From: Chrysemys picta bellii
Taxonomy: Eukaryota
NCBI RefSeq assembly: GCF_011386835.1
Contig: NC_088812.1
Location: 12,586,001 to 12,650,000, forward strand
Direction of reading: 5' to 3'
Length of the DNA: 64,000 nucleotides
Below the pieces are notes generated by a model. It ran no database searches, had not been told where the DNA came from, and saw nothing but the letters and a program-made list of their open reading frames with translations. Below are positions 21,930-33,290 of this stretch, piece by piece (the stretch's first letter is position 1; each line of letters begins with the position of its first letter). The translations under genes and the position numbers were made by a program.

Positions 21930-24865
21930 AGTGGCTTCGGGGCGGGGGCCGGCCCAGCCAGGACTCTGCTGCCCCCACGCTGGCTCTGTCTGGCCTGTGC
22001 CTGTATCTGGATCCGTCTCCTGGCGCTGGGCCTGCCCTGGGGATCCTGTGACTCATCCTGCCCCTGCGGACTTGCACTTAGCCTCCCGGCCGTGCGGGTG
22101 CTGAACGGAGGGGGCGACACCCCCCCCCCCCCAGCCCAGCCCCCGTTGCCCTGGCTGGAGCACCTTGTCTGCAGCTTTGACCCTCCCCGGAGGGCTTGGC
22201 TTCCAGCACCAGCAATGGGACCTTGCTCGCTGCAGCTGGGAGCGTCCCCCCCCAGCTGGCCTGGTTGAGCCCCTTCTTTCACCTCCCTGGGCATGCCCCC
22301 CTCTGAGCCTCTTCAGCGGAGCCCCCCTGAATTCCTGCTCCAACACAGGGTGAACCCCCCCCCCCTCCATGGGTGGAAGGCAGGGCGGGTCTGGCTGGGG
22401 AACCATCCCCTCCTACCAACTAGATACGCTCAGCTGGCCCCGGTGAACTCGCACGCCCACCCACTGCCTGCTCCCTGTCCAGCCCCCTGGAGTCTGCTGC
22501 ACCAGGGACTCGAGCTGCAGCCGGTGCGCCTGGTGACTCCTGTTCCTGCCGCAAATTGGACCCTGCGGATTGGCGGCCAGAATCCCCAGTGGCTCTTTGG
22601 GTTGGGGGGGCCCACACGTCCCCAACCGCTCAGGAAACATGCGTTGTAAGGGCTGATCCTGCAGTGTGTGGGGCCTGCTCAGCTCCCCTCCTCCCCGGCA
22701 GGACCTGACCCTAAGCAGGAACTCTGCTCACTTAGCATCCCCCCTTCATGTCCCATGGGTGTTGATCGACGGGGCCCAAGCCCCTCGCACGTCCTACGCT
22801 GGCATCCTCCTCCCCACAGAACATCTCACCAGGTGTGACCTGATGCATGGAGCTTCTGCAGGGAAGCAGGTTCCTCATCCGCTCCGGGGAGAATCTGCAC
22901 CCACAGGAGGGGGTTTGCTCTAAAGGCTTCACCCTGCGCCGGGTGCTGGACCAGGAACCCAGCAGCTGAAACTGATTGTTGCAGCTGGCTCTTCTCCTGG
23001 CCTCCCCGCAAGACACCCCCCCAATTCTCTGCTCCCGGAAGGGCTTTGACCGCAAAGGTCTTTGTCCCCGAAAGGAGCCCCCAACCTGATGGTGCTGCAG
23101 TCTCCTCCGATAGATTCTCCGCCCGCCGCGTCATTGTCCGCTCATTCGGTGGCACTGCCTATGGCCAAGTTCGCTGCAAGAGGACAGATCCTCGGCGGGC
23201 GTCGATCAGTGTGGTTCCACTGGCAGTTTCTGCCAGCTACGGATCTGACCCCAGAATCTGACGTACACCTCTCTAGAGCTGGTGCCAGCCACGCGCCGGG
23301 CTGCTCCCCACACGCTCTGGAGGGCTGGCTCCCGGAGGGGTGGGACTCCTTGTCACTTTCCTTTGGCTCAGATCTTTCCATGCCAGAGGCGCTTCAGCCC
23401 GTGGAAAGGCTGGCTCCGGCACATGGGGCCAGATCCCCAGCTGGTGCGGACGGTGAAACGCCGCTGCCTTCAGCAGAGCGATGCGTATTTATGCTAGCTG
23501 AGGCTCTGGCCTCTAAAATGGGCACATGCACCCAGCCTGAGATTTTAATTCACCTCCTTTCCTGTGGGCTTCCCCAGCCACTCTGGTGTCTGCGTTTCCC
23601 TGGAAGGTCCGATTTGGCCTCCCAGCAACGAATCTGATTTTAAATCCACAAAGAACGGCCCAATCCTAGGGAAGCAGGGGCAGCTCAAGGGGCTGGGGGG
23701 TGCTCTTGAGTCTGGGTTGGAGCAGTCTTCCACTTCGATTGTCCTGCAGGGTGGGGAAAGGTGTTCGAAAGTAGCCCCGTCACCCAGCCCTCGGTGGCAG
23801 CCAGATATTGCTTCCTTTAAGTGCCGTGCAGATGGGGTGTGGGAATGGGCAGTAAGGCTCCGATCGAGATCCCGGAGGTAGCAGCTAGTGCTAGGGGCCC
23901 CTGTCCACCAGAGTAACGGGATCGGTTTCAGATGAGCTGGTAATGTTTCCCTACAAACAGCCCCATTTGTAAAAGCCTGGAACATCCCATGGTGCGGATG
24001 GCGGGCTGCTGTCACCCGCCCACCGCCAAACTCTTGGGGTCTACTTAAAGAGGAGATGGGGGGAGGGGGAAATCCACATCTAAACCAAAAGAGATCAGTT
24101 GACAATAGATGAATAGACTATTTAAAAACAGACTTAGTGTATTTTCTAGTAAAGCATTTTATATTGAAGGGTTGTTTATAAAAGTATTTTAGAGGTACAC
24201 ATTAATATTCCAGGAAAGGAATGAGCATTAAGGGAAGCTGTGGATTTAGCTCATAAGCCACATGGGCCTTTTCCAGGAGAGGGTTAAAAGTCAGAATGGT
24301 TCTGTTCCTATCGCAGCTATTTTGAGCTCTTGTATCTTGAGTTTCTTTAGAGCAGAAAGGTTGTGTCTCATTTCCTTCCACAGCAGACTAGCTTTTTTTC
24401 TCAACTCAGTTGCCTAAAGAAAAATGTAGGGTTAGGACAGCAACGTAAAGTGCCTGATGGGAACCAGTTTGAAGAGTGAGGGGAAATTGAGTCTCCGAGC
24501 CGATGGCTACAGAAGGCGGAAGAGAATTCCCCAAAAACAATGCTCCTGCCAACTCATGATGAAAACAGAGGGAAGGAGAGATGGAGATGCGGGTTAACAG
24601 CTATAATGACACAATATTTGGGAGCATAAATATATTTTTTTTGGACTGGAACAAATAGGGGAATATTTATAAGGCTGTGTTAGTTTTAAAGCAGAGCTCT
24701 GGATTTGTATAAAATTTGTTAGACAAGCACTGTGGAGTTTTTGTAAGTGAATATTTTTAAAAAACAAACCCTCGAATATATTTGTCGTCCTTGATTTTTG
24801 TAATTCTTTGTAGGCTGTTGTTTCTTACCAAATGTTAATAATATTATGGGATTGGTTTATAAATC

Positions 24866-24910
24866 ATTAAAAATATTCTTAGTTTTAACTTGTTGTGAAT
24901 GTGATTTTCT
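24866..24910 (+). terminator. CDK2: Candidate CDK2 polyadenylation site
   Basis: ATTAAA 24866-24871 at the end of an AT-rich block, with upstream TGTA motifs and downstream GU-rich ttgttgtgaatgtg. Confidence 0.4.
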
Positions 24911-25983
24911 TCAAAGGGGGGGTAGCTACAGAAGAAAATATTTCCTATGAGGTGAGAGAGGAAGTCCTGTCCAGTGGGTAGGTCACTTAGAAACAGGTTC
25001 TGTTCCCAGGTCTGCTACAGACCTTGGGCAAGTCACCCAGGCCCACAGCCACAAAGGTCTTTAAGTGGGCGTTAGGCACTGATTTCAATGGCAATGGGCC
25101 ACTCCACTACCTGTCAGGCTCTGGGCTTAAGAGCGCCTAGTCGTGGGCCAGGCCCCCAGTGCGCAAGGTGCTGCAAACAGCCCCTGCTCCAAAGCGCTTA
25201 CAATGCAAGATGAGAGCCAGCAGCTGACAGAGCATAAGCAGACTAGTACCAGGGCCGTGCACACCTGGCCGAGGGTCCATTAAGTTTATCTGGGAAAGTG
25301 CAAGTTCTTCCCTGGGGCCTTGTCAGTGGTTTAAAAAGCGGAGCGATTTTAGTGCTGAGGACAATAGGCTAACAACGCTGCCTTACGTAGGTGTACAGCT
25401 GTTGGACGAAGCTCCCCTTAGCTCTGGCAATGTTGCAAGGGGCAGCCCCCCCCCCCGCTATACCAACCCCGGGCTCCCGGCCCACCCCTTGGTCCCCACC
25501 CACGGCCTTCCCTCCTTTTGCACCCTTTCTGGCCTAGCAGCTGCCATTTTTGCGGAAGGGTTGTGAGCTCTGGGAGGCAGGGGCCAGCTTTTTGGTGTTT
25601 ACGCAGCACCTGGCGCAGTGGGGAGCTGAGCCGGGCCTGCCCCACACGGGCAGCGTGCCCCCTCGGCCTGGCCTGCCCAGGCTGGCTGCTGGCGACTCGG
25701 CCCCTGCCCCGTGGGGTGTCAGACCCCGGGGCTCCTGGTGCCTGGACCCCGCCCTTCTCTGGGGTACACCTGTAGGCCCCTCCCTGGGTTACCTGCCTAG
25801 GCCCCTCCCTTATCTCAGCTATGCCCTTAGGCCCCGCCCCATCCCTAGGCCCCGCCCCCTGGGCGCCTGGTGCCTGGCTCCACCCCCTAGATACCCCCCC
25901 TGGGCCCCGCCCCCGGTCTCTGAGCCCCGGAACCATGGTCTATTTTTAGCTCAATTAAGCTAATTGGGGAGAGGTTCATGCCG

Positions 25984-26560
25984 AGGTCAAAGGTCAGATT
26001 CCCAGAGGCCTTCACCCTTGCCTTCTCCCCCGCACCCTGCCAATCATTCCCCGGCTCGTCTCGGATTGGCCAGCGGGGAAGCGGGCCGTCCTTTGCTTGG
26101 CTAGAATAGGGCGGGTGAGATGCCTGTCAATCATCGCTTTCTGGTCTAAGATTGGTAAAGCTGGAGGCTGTCTGCTCTGTGATTGGAAAGAGGGGAGATC
26201 ATTCCTGATTCTGATTGGACAGTGGAGCTCGAGGGTGCCGCCCATTTAGGTCACCTTATTTGTTGTTGCTGCAGCCGCCGGAACAACTGCTGTTTCATTG
26301 GTCTCAGGATCCGTCAGTTAACATAAGAGCCACCCCCTACCATGACGTTTTTTCTTTTTATTGGTCCATAGGCTCCAAGCTGCTCCAGTCGTTATTGGCC
26401 AAATTTTGCGCCTGTCCGGCCATTTCTAAGCTCTTATTGGTGAATCGAGTTGGGTGGGCCGGCGATGCGTTTTCCGGAGCGGCAATTGGGCGAGACGGCT
26501 GCCAGGGGCGTGTCCCCTCGCCAGGTGCCCGGCACCGATTGGCGCCGCCGCCGCTTAACC
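25984..26560 (+). promoter_or_regulatory. RAB5B: RAB5B promoter with CCAAT array and DR1 element
   Basis: AGGTCAaAGGTCA at 25984-25996; 11 CCAAT/ATTGG pentamers in 26040-26542; CpG-rich; upstream of the non-coding exon 1. Confidence 0.75.
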
Positions 26561-26656
26561 CCGCCCACCAGAGGAAGGTTTGGTTGAGAGCAGCTGTTTG
26601 TGTGTTCGACACTTTAGGGGCTGAGACGGGGGGAGACGGAGCTGGAGCCGCCTCAG
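26560..26656 (+). other. RAB5B: RAB5B non-coding exon 1 (5' boundary approximate)
   Basis: gcagctgtttgtgtgttcgacac...gggggagacggagc resembles the recalled mammalian RAB5B leader; donor ctcag|gtaccg. Confidence 0.7.
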
Positions 26657-26889
26657 GTACCGGAGAGCGGGAGCTGGCGGGGGCGGGGCCGAGTGGGGGG
26701 GGCAGGGCCCCCGGGGGGCGGGGGCAGAGTTGCCGGGGGGGCCGGGGGAAGGGGCCTCGGCGGGTTGGCGGCCGGGCCCGTTTGGGGGGGGGCGGGGTCT
26801 CTCTGCCCCGCGGGGTGAGGGGGCGGGAGCAGGGAGGGGGGCTGGGCCCCTGAGCCCGGGGGTGAGGGGGGGTGAGGGGTTGCTGCCCT

Positions 26890-27560
26890 GGGGGGCAGGG
26901 AGGGGGTGAGTGGTCTCCTGGGGGGGTGGGGCAGGTTGGGGGTTACTGTGCTGGGGGGGCAGGTTTGGGGGGTAGGGAGAGGATGAGTGGCCTCCTGGGG
27001 GGGGCGGTTGGGGGTTACTGCCCGGGGGGGCAGGGAGGGGATGAGTGGCCTCCTGGGGGGGGCGGTTGGGGGTTACTGCCCGGGGGGGCAGGGAGGGGAT
27101 GAGTGGCCTGCTGGGGGGGGCCGGTTGGGGGTTACTGCCCGGGGGGGGGCAGGGAGGGGATGAGTGGCCTCCTGGGGGGGGGCGGTTGGGGGTTACTGCC
27201 CGGGGGGGGGGCAGGGAGGGGATGAGTGGCCTCCTGGGGGGGGCGGTTGGGGGTTACTGCCCGGGGGGGCAGGGAGGGGATGAGTGGCCTGCTGGGGGGG
27301 CCGGTTGGGGGTTACTGCCCGGGGGGGGCAGGGAGGGGATGAGTGGCCTGCTGGGGGGGCCGGTTGGGGGTTACTGCCCGGGGGGGGGGCAGGGAGGGGA
27401 TGAGTGGCCTGCTGGGGGGGCCGGTTGGGGGTTACTGCCCGGGGGGGCAGGGAGGGGATGAGTGGCCTGCTGGGGGTGGGGCAGGTTGCAGGTTACTTTG
27501 CTGGGGGGGCAGGTTTGGGGGGTAGGGAGGGGATGAGTGGCCTGCTGGGGGGGGGGGGCA
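26890..27560. repeat. G-rich minisatellite (~59 bp x 10) in RAB5B intron 1
   Basis: Unit gggaggggatgagtggcctsctG(n)cggttgggggttactgcccG(n)ca. The atgagtgg anchor recurs at ~26983, 27041, 27099, 27160, 27222, 27280, 27339, 27400, 27458, 27533. Confidence 0.92.
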
Positions 27561-28699
27561 GGCTGGAAGGAAGCGGGGAGACTTGGTTCGCTCTGGGGGG
27601 AGCAAAGGCCTCAAGGTGCCCAGGGTAGTAGGATGGCTGGGGCTTGGCAGCTGGTCTGGCTGCCCCATTTGCAGGGGGGTCAGGGTGTGTCTTCCCGTAG
27701 GATGGCAAAGGGGCTGTACCCCTCACCCCCCAGGTCCCAGCAAGCCCCGCTGTGCTCGGTCTGCCTAGGTGAGGTTACAGAGACTCTCTTCCATCTCCCC
27801 CACACACCGCTTCGCTTGGGGCCTGAATACACCTGTCCCCAGTGCTGGGGCCTGAGTTCATTCTTGGGCCTCAGGCCTGCCCACTAATGTGTTTTTTCCA
27901 TAGTGAGGGCATACAGCACAGATGCTCCCCCCTCCTCCTCTTCCTGGTCAGCCCACCAAACACGCCAGCAGCTTATAGCCCTTCACAATAGGGACACCTG
28001 GGGCGGGAAAACACTGCCTCGTTGCCTTTCCGTGCTTGTGAGCAGACCTGTGCAAAGGGAACCACATAGTGTAGAATTAACATCCAGGGCTGGTCTGTCG
28101 ACTCAGCCTCCAACGTGCTTCTGGCTGGGCATTGTTGATGGTTCCACTAATCCTTGTAATTAGCCCCTGGATAGTGCGAAGACGGGCATATGAGAAATTC
28201 ATGGATAGACTCCCACAGCCCTGAGGTGCTTCTAATCTCCTTCTTACAATTTAACGCCATTAAAAATGCATTGGAACAGGAGATCTTTCCAGAGGGGAAA
28301 AGTGATAAATATTTCTTTTACTGGCGAGAGCAAAAAGGGACTCTGTCCCCTAAATAGGGGCGGCTGGGTAGATGGGATAACCCGGTATTCCATCAGTTAT
28401 CAGGTTTGTCTCATGGGCTGATTGCCGGACTCCCCTGGGGAATATGGGTTAGTCTCAGCTGGAATCCTATGGCTGTCTCCAAACATAAGTCGAGGCTACA
28501 GTGATGGGCACGTTCACGTGCAATATGTGCTGGAATGTTTATTTCCAGGGCACTTGCCTCGAGGGCTCTTGGTATTTAGGTTAGTTCTTTTCCCTTCTGG
28601 GATGGCCGCAGTGCAGTCTGCTCGTGTTAAATGTGGCTGTGTCGAATCGGATACTTTATTATCTGCATGTCCATTAAGGAAAGGAGGAAGTGAATCATG

Positions 28700-28840
28700 G
28701 AAGTTCAGAGATTGGGAAGGCCTTGGAGATCATCCAGTCCACACTATACTAGTGTGTAATTGCTCCCTACAGTCTTGTCTCCTGTATCCGGTTAGTTTTA
28801 AGTCTCCTGGAATAACAGTGCTTTCACCAGTTCTCTCCGG
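28700..28840 (-). mobile_element. Old CR1 3' fragment
   Basis: aatcatggaagttcagagattgggaaggccttggagatcatccagtcc resembles a reverse-complemented CR1 3' end; degenerate. Confidence 0.45.
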
Positions 28841-28842
28841 GG

Positions 28843-29517
28843 GTCTGTCTACACTGCAATGTCAGTCCAGGGCTAGTAGGCCTCGAGTTAACAGCCCCTG
28901 GGATTGTTAACCTAAGGTTTGAGCGTCTACACTCCTTTTTAACTCCAGGTTAGGACTTGTAGGACGCTGGGGCTCCAGCGTCTACATTTCATGTTGCGGG
29001 CCCAAGTTCAACCACCCATACCCCAGACTTCCCTAGCACCCTCCCCAAGTGTGGCAGCTCTAGCCCTTTGTTTGTGGTGCAGTGTGGGAAAACTTGACTG
29101 CCCAGAGGACAAAGAAAGTCAGCCCATGGGACTGTGGAGTACTTCTGGCGGACTCCCACCGTACCTCTACATTGTGAGAAAATATCCATGACGTGAGAGG
29201 TTGGTCTCACAGCATGGGCTCCAGCCCCAGCCTGGATGTCTACACTGCAGTTTTTAGCCCTGGAGCCCGAGCCAGCTGACCTGGGCTTTGAGACTCGGTC
29301 GGTGCTGTGGGTTTTATTATCGCAGTGTAGACATCCCCTCCGAGCACAAGTCCAGTGAGGCTGCATCTACACTGCAAAGCAATAGGGCTTGAACCCTGGG
29401 TCCGGGCTTGACCCAGCCTGGGACCCTGGGTTAGCACCATTTGTGTGTAGACAGAAGGGGGGTTAGGCTTGAGCCTGAGTTCAAACCCTGGGCTTAAATT
29501 GCAGTGTGGGCTTATCC
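28843..29517. mobile_element. Cluster of PIF/Harbinger-type MITEs (gtctacact...agtgtagac termini)
   Basis: Several gtctacact/agtgtagac motifs. The inner element 29234-29336 has a perfect 15-bp TIR ggatgtctacactgc / gcagtgtagacatcc. Confidence 0.7.
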
Positions 29518-30731
29518 TGAGGACTGTTCCATCCTTTAGCAGATCTCCCCTGCTCTTGGGAAGCTTGCCTCCCGTTGCTCCTTGCCATTGGCCCAACCAT
29601 CTTCATTCTCCTTGCTTACAGTAATCCAGTAATGTGAACAACTTCCTCTAAGCCTGATGGAGGGGTGGAAGCAGGTCTCCTGCTCTCACAATGGTCAAGC
29701 GGGTTCACTCCTCCCAGGGCTGGAATCCTTAAGGGTCGCAGCTGCGTTGTACTCTCAAACCCTACCCTGAATTTCCCCCTAGGTTCAATTCAATCTCCAA
29801 AATATTGTCTGTGTTGTCTAAGTGGATTCATGTGTGCAACGCGGCCCCTCTTCCCCCGCTTATTAACGTTTGATGACTGGCCTAGCACCCCTATGAATTT
29901 TCCTAACTTCTTATGGAGGGAAAGGAAGAGATGCTGCATTGTTAATAACTAGAGCAAGGGACTGGGAGCTTGGACTCCTGAGTGCCACTGCCAGCGTTGC
30001 CACAGCTTCACTGAGTGACTGGGGAAATGGAGGCACATAGAGGGAAAGTGACTTGCCCATCTGTAAATAGGCGTTTATCCTCTTTTGGGTGTTGGGATCT
30101 ATTAAATATTGCCGAGTGACTGCTGATCACCTCCCCATGCTTGCCTGGAACGTGGCTGTGTCGTCGTTAGCCCTTTAGCAATGTTAGTGGCCAGGCCAGT
30201 GTGGCAAGGAGAGCTAACTCTCAAGTCCCCTTCTGGTAGTTTAAATAGTATTTAAATCAATACACACTCTTGATAGAGGCAACTTGTGGGAGCATTATTG
30301 CCTCTGTTCTGATGTGTGGGGGAGCGTAGCAGGGAATATCCTGGCCTATCTGGAGAGAGCCCTGCCCTCCAGGTGCTTCTTGTGTGTCTAATTTCCAAAG
30401 TTTGCTCTAAGCTCAGCACAAGAGCTTTCCACGCTGCCTGCAACACGCTCCGTCCTCTCTCCGCCAGCCTGTGTTTGACAGTAAATCCCTGTTTTATTTT
30501 ACACGTGCAACAAGTGGTTGTGACCTGGCAGGTCCATAGAGACAAGTGACAGCTTTGTTGTGGGGCGCTTAATAAACTGGGTGTCCCTTAGTCTTCCAGC
30601 AATGCCCTGACACCTCTCCAGCCAAACGCTCGACTGGTGTCTGCAGAGCTAGTGCTTGCCCTGACTGAGACGTTTGATTAAGCCTGGCAAAACTCTAGTT
30701 GATCCTTCGCCAGAGCACTACATCACCCAAT

Positions 30732-30963
30732 CAGGGCTGGCTCCAGCTTTTTTGCCGCCCCAAGCAGCAAAGCGGGGGAAGGAGGGGAAAAAAGAAGAGC
30801 CCCAATCGGCGGCAGCTCTACCACGTCGCTTAATTCTTCGGCGGCGAGTCCTTTGCTCCGAGAGGGACTGAGGGACCCACCGCTGAAGACCCGGACGTGC
30901 CGCCCCTTTCCATTGGCCGCCCCAAGCACCTGCTTCCTTCACTGGTGCCTGGAGCCGGCCCTG
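30732..30963. mobile_element. hAT MITE
   Basis: 15-bp TIRs cagggctggctccag / ctggagccggccctg (1 mismatch); flanks cacccaat / tgcccaat = decayed 8-bp TSD. Confidence 0.8.
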
Positions 30964-32958
30964 TGCCCAATGCCTGCTGAAAACAAGCTTTGATTTAAGA
31001 CTTGCTATGTTGTGCTGGTTAATTCCATCCATGTATCGCCGCCTTCCACTGGATGGAATCAAACCTCTCATCTGTGTTAAATAGGCCTTGTATTGCTAAG
31101 GGGGAGTCTCCTTTTTCCCCCCCTCGACTGAAATGGACGTGTGTCTTGGAGCAGGAGGGGCTGGGTCCCATCGCTGCGGCTGCCCAAGTTCTGTGTGAGT
31201 GTTGCATTAATTTGGGGACAACGGGGCATTCCTGGGTGACGGCAGTTGTTGTACAGGATATTCCTAATCTGTCTAGTCGAAAGAAGACCGGCGGCCCTTG
31301 AGCCACCGGATATCAATATTGTGAGTCAATGAGCATTACCTATTTAATGATCAGTGGTGTGGGGTGACTTTACACAGTCAACACCCTGGAGACAGAGGTG
31401 CTAATTATCCAGCGTGACTCTTAAAGCTTTGTTTGGTGATTGCAGTTGGAACCCAGCTGGGTAGAGGTGGCTGGACTGCAGCTTAGTTCAGAGTCCGGGA
31501 TACAGATTGAGGAAGGAGCTGAGGAAAGAACCGGGAGGCCGGAATGTCAGCATCCTAATGGCAGCTATGACACCGGCCTCTTAGCTTCAAACCCCCATGT
31601 AGACAAGACCCTCCATCAACCGGCTCTTGGGCTTAGTTCTCAGCAGTAAACTGGAGGGGAGGATATGTGTCTCTTTCCTTGGAGGCTGAGGAGAACGAGT
31701 GTGTAAAGCGCTTTGAAGACTAGACAGGCCGTGTAGGCAAACGGCGCTTGTCTGAACAGCGGGTCTGAGAAGTCTCATACCTGGTTGGGGTAAAGTGGCG
31801 GCTCCATTGCGAGCTTATTGATCAACGGAACAGGCTCGCTGGGAGCTGTGTCGGGCTCTGCTCCTGTTATCCTGTATCTGACGGTGCATCACGGGCTCTT
31901 CCCTAACATCTCCGAGAGTCCAGAGCAGCGGCTCCCTCGGAATATGCTCTCAGCGGGTCGTTCCTGTTAGGGCCCGGATCCGGCAGAGCCCCCGCTGAAG
32001 GGAATGGGGTTCCGCACGACTTGGGTTTGCACCAGGGGCCGGGTCTGTAATTCCCGGGTTTCAGGCTTTCAAATATGGGGTGGTCAGGGTAGGATCCGGT
32101 TCTCCAAGGGCATCCTCTTGGCTGTGCGGCTAGGTAATAAAGCAGGGTGGGGGAAAGAGGGCTGACGGCAGGTTTCACCCAGGCATGCGGTTTGATGGCA
32201 GTGGCTTATGTCGTATGTGATTAAGACATAGGAAAAGTAACATTGGCAACAGGAAAGCAGTTAACCCAGACAGGCTGTCGCAACTCCAACTCCTGGGGGT
32301 ATCTCCTGAGCAGGCCCTTCCCTGAAGCCAAGTTCTGCAATTGAAGCTCTTAATGCCTGAGTTGTAATGGATCGCGTTCATCCCTGCCGTGACCCCGCGG
32401 AAGGCAGTGCAGGGAAACGGGGGATGGTCTGAGCCAGGGGTGGATATCTAGCTAGCTCCCTACGCCACGTATTCCTCCTTTCAGTGCCGGTCGTGGGGGG
32501 CAAGGAACCTGTAAGGGCTGGGCTGTGCGGATCTTTCCCAAGTCTTTCACCCTGGACTGTCCAAAAGAAGTTGAACTTGCTCAGTGCATCAGAGCCGGCT
32601 GTTGAGCCCTGCTCCGCTTCTCGGGGTAACCCAATGGTCAGCCACACTGACTCCCGAATCTCTCATGTCGGCGCACAGTCTGACTGAAGCTGCACTGCCT
32701 GTGCTAGAACACCTTGACTGTAACTTGGGCAAGCTAAGGGTTGTGATGTGTAAGTCACTGCCACTCTGGGGGGGTTGTCCATTTCCGAGGCAGCTGTGAG
32801 TTGTGTACTGAAAACGTTTTCCTTTGCTGCGTAAGGAACTTTCTGGACAGTAATTGTGGTTGCGACAGATGTTTGATATTAGTGTTGCAGGTAGTCAGTG
32901 AAAGAGTGCTGAATGTGGGCAGTAGCCTTTTAAAGAAAGGTGTCTCTCTAATCTAGAG

Positions 32959-33290
32959 CAGTGGTTCTCACCAGGAGCAGGTTTCAGGGGGTCTGCCAAG
33001 CATGGCTGGCATTAGACTCACTAGGGTCCAGGCCAGAAAGCCAAAGTCCCGGCACGTGGGACTGCAGCCCGGAGTCCTGAGCCCCACCGCCAGGGCTGGG
33101 GTGGAAGCCGAAGCCTGAGCAACTTCGCTTTGCAGGGCCCCTTGTGGTGGGGGGGGTCCCAGACAATTGTACTCCTTGCTACCCCCTAACACCGGCCCTG
33201 GCTTTTGTATGCAGAAAACCAGTTGTGGTGGCACAGCTGGGCCATGGAGTTTTTATAGCATGTTGGGGCGGGTGGGGGGTACAGCCCCTG
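32959..33290. mobile_element. hAT (Charlie-like) MITE
   Basis: Starts cagtggttctca and ends cagcccctg; flanks atctagag / atctgtag (6/8 TSD match). Confidence 0.65.

Noticed and set aside
26872-27628. Gly-rich repetitive ORFs
   Set aside because: Translation of the G-rich intron-1 minisatellite.
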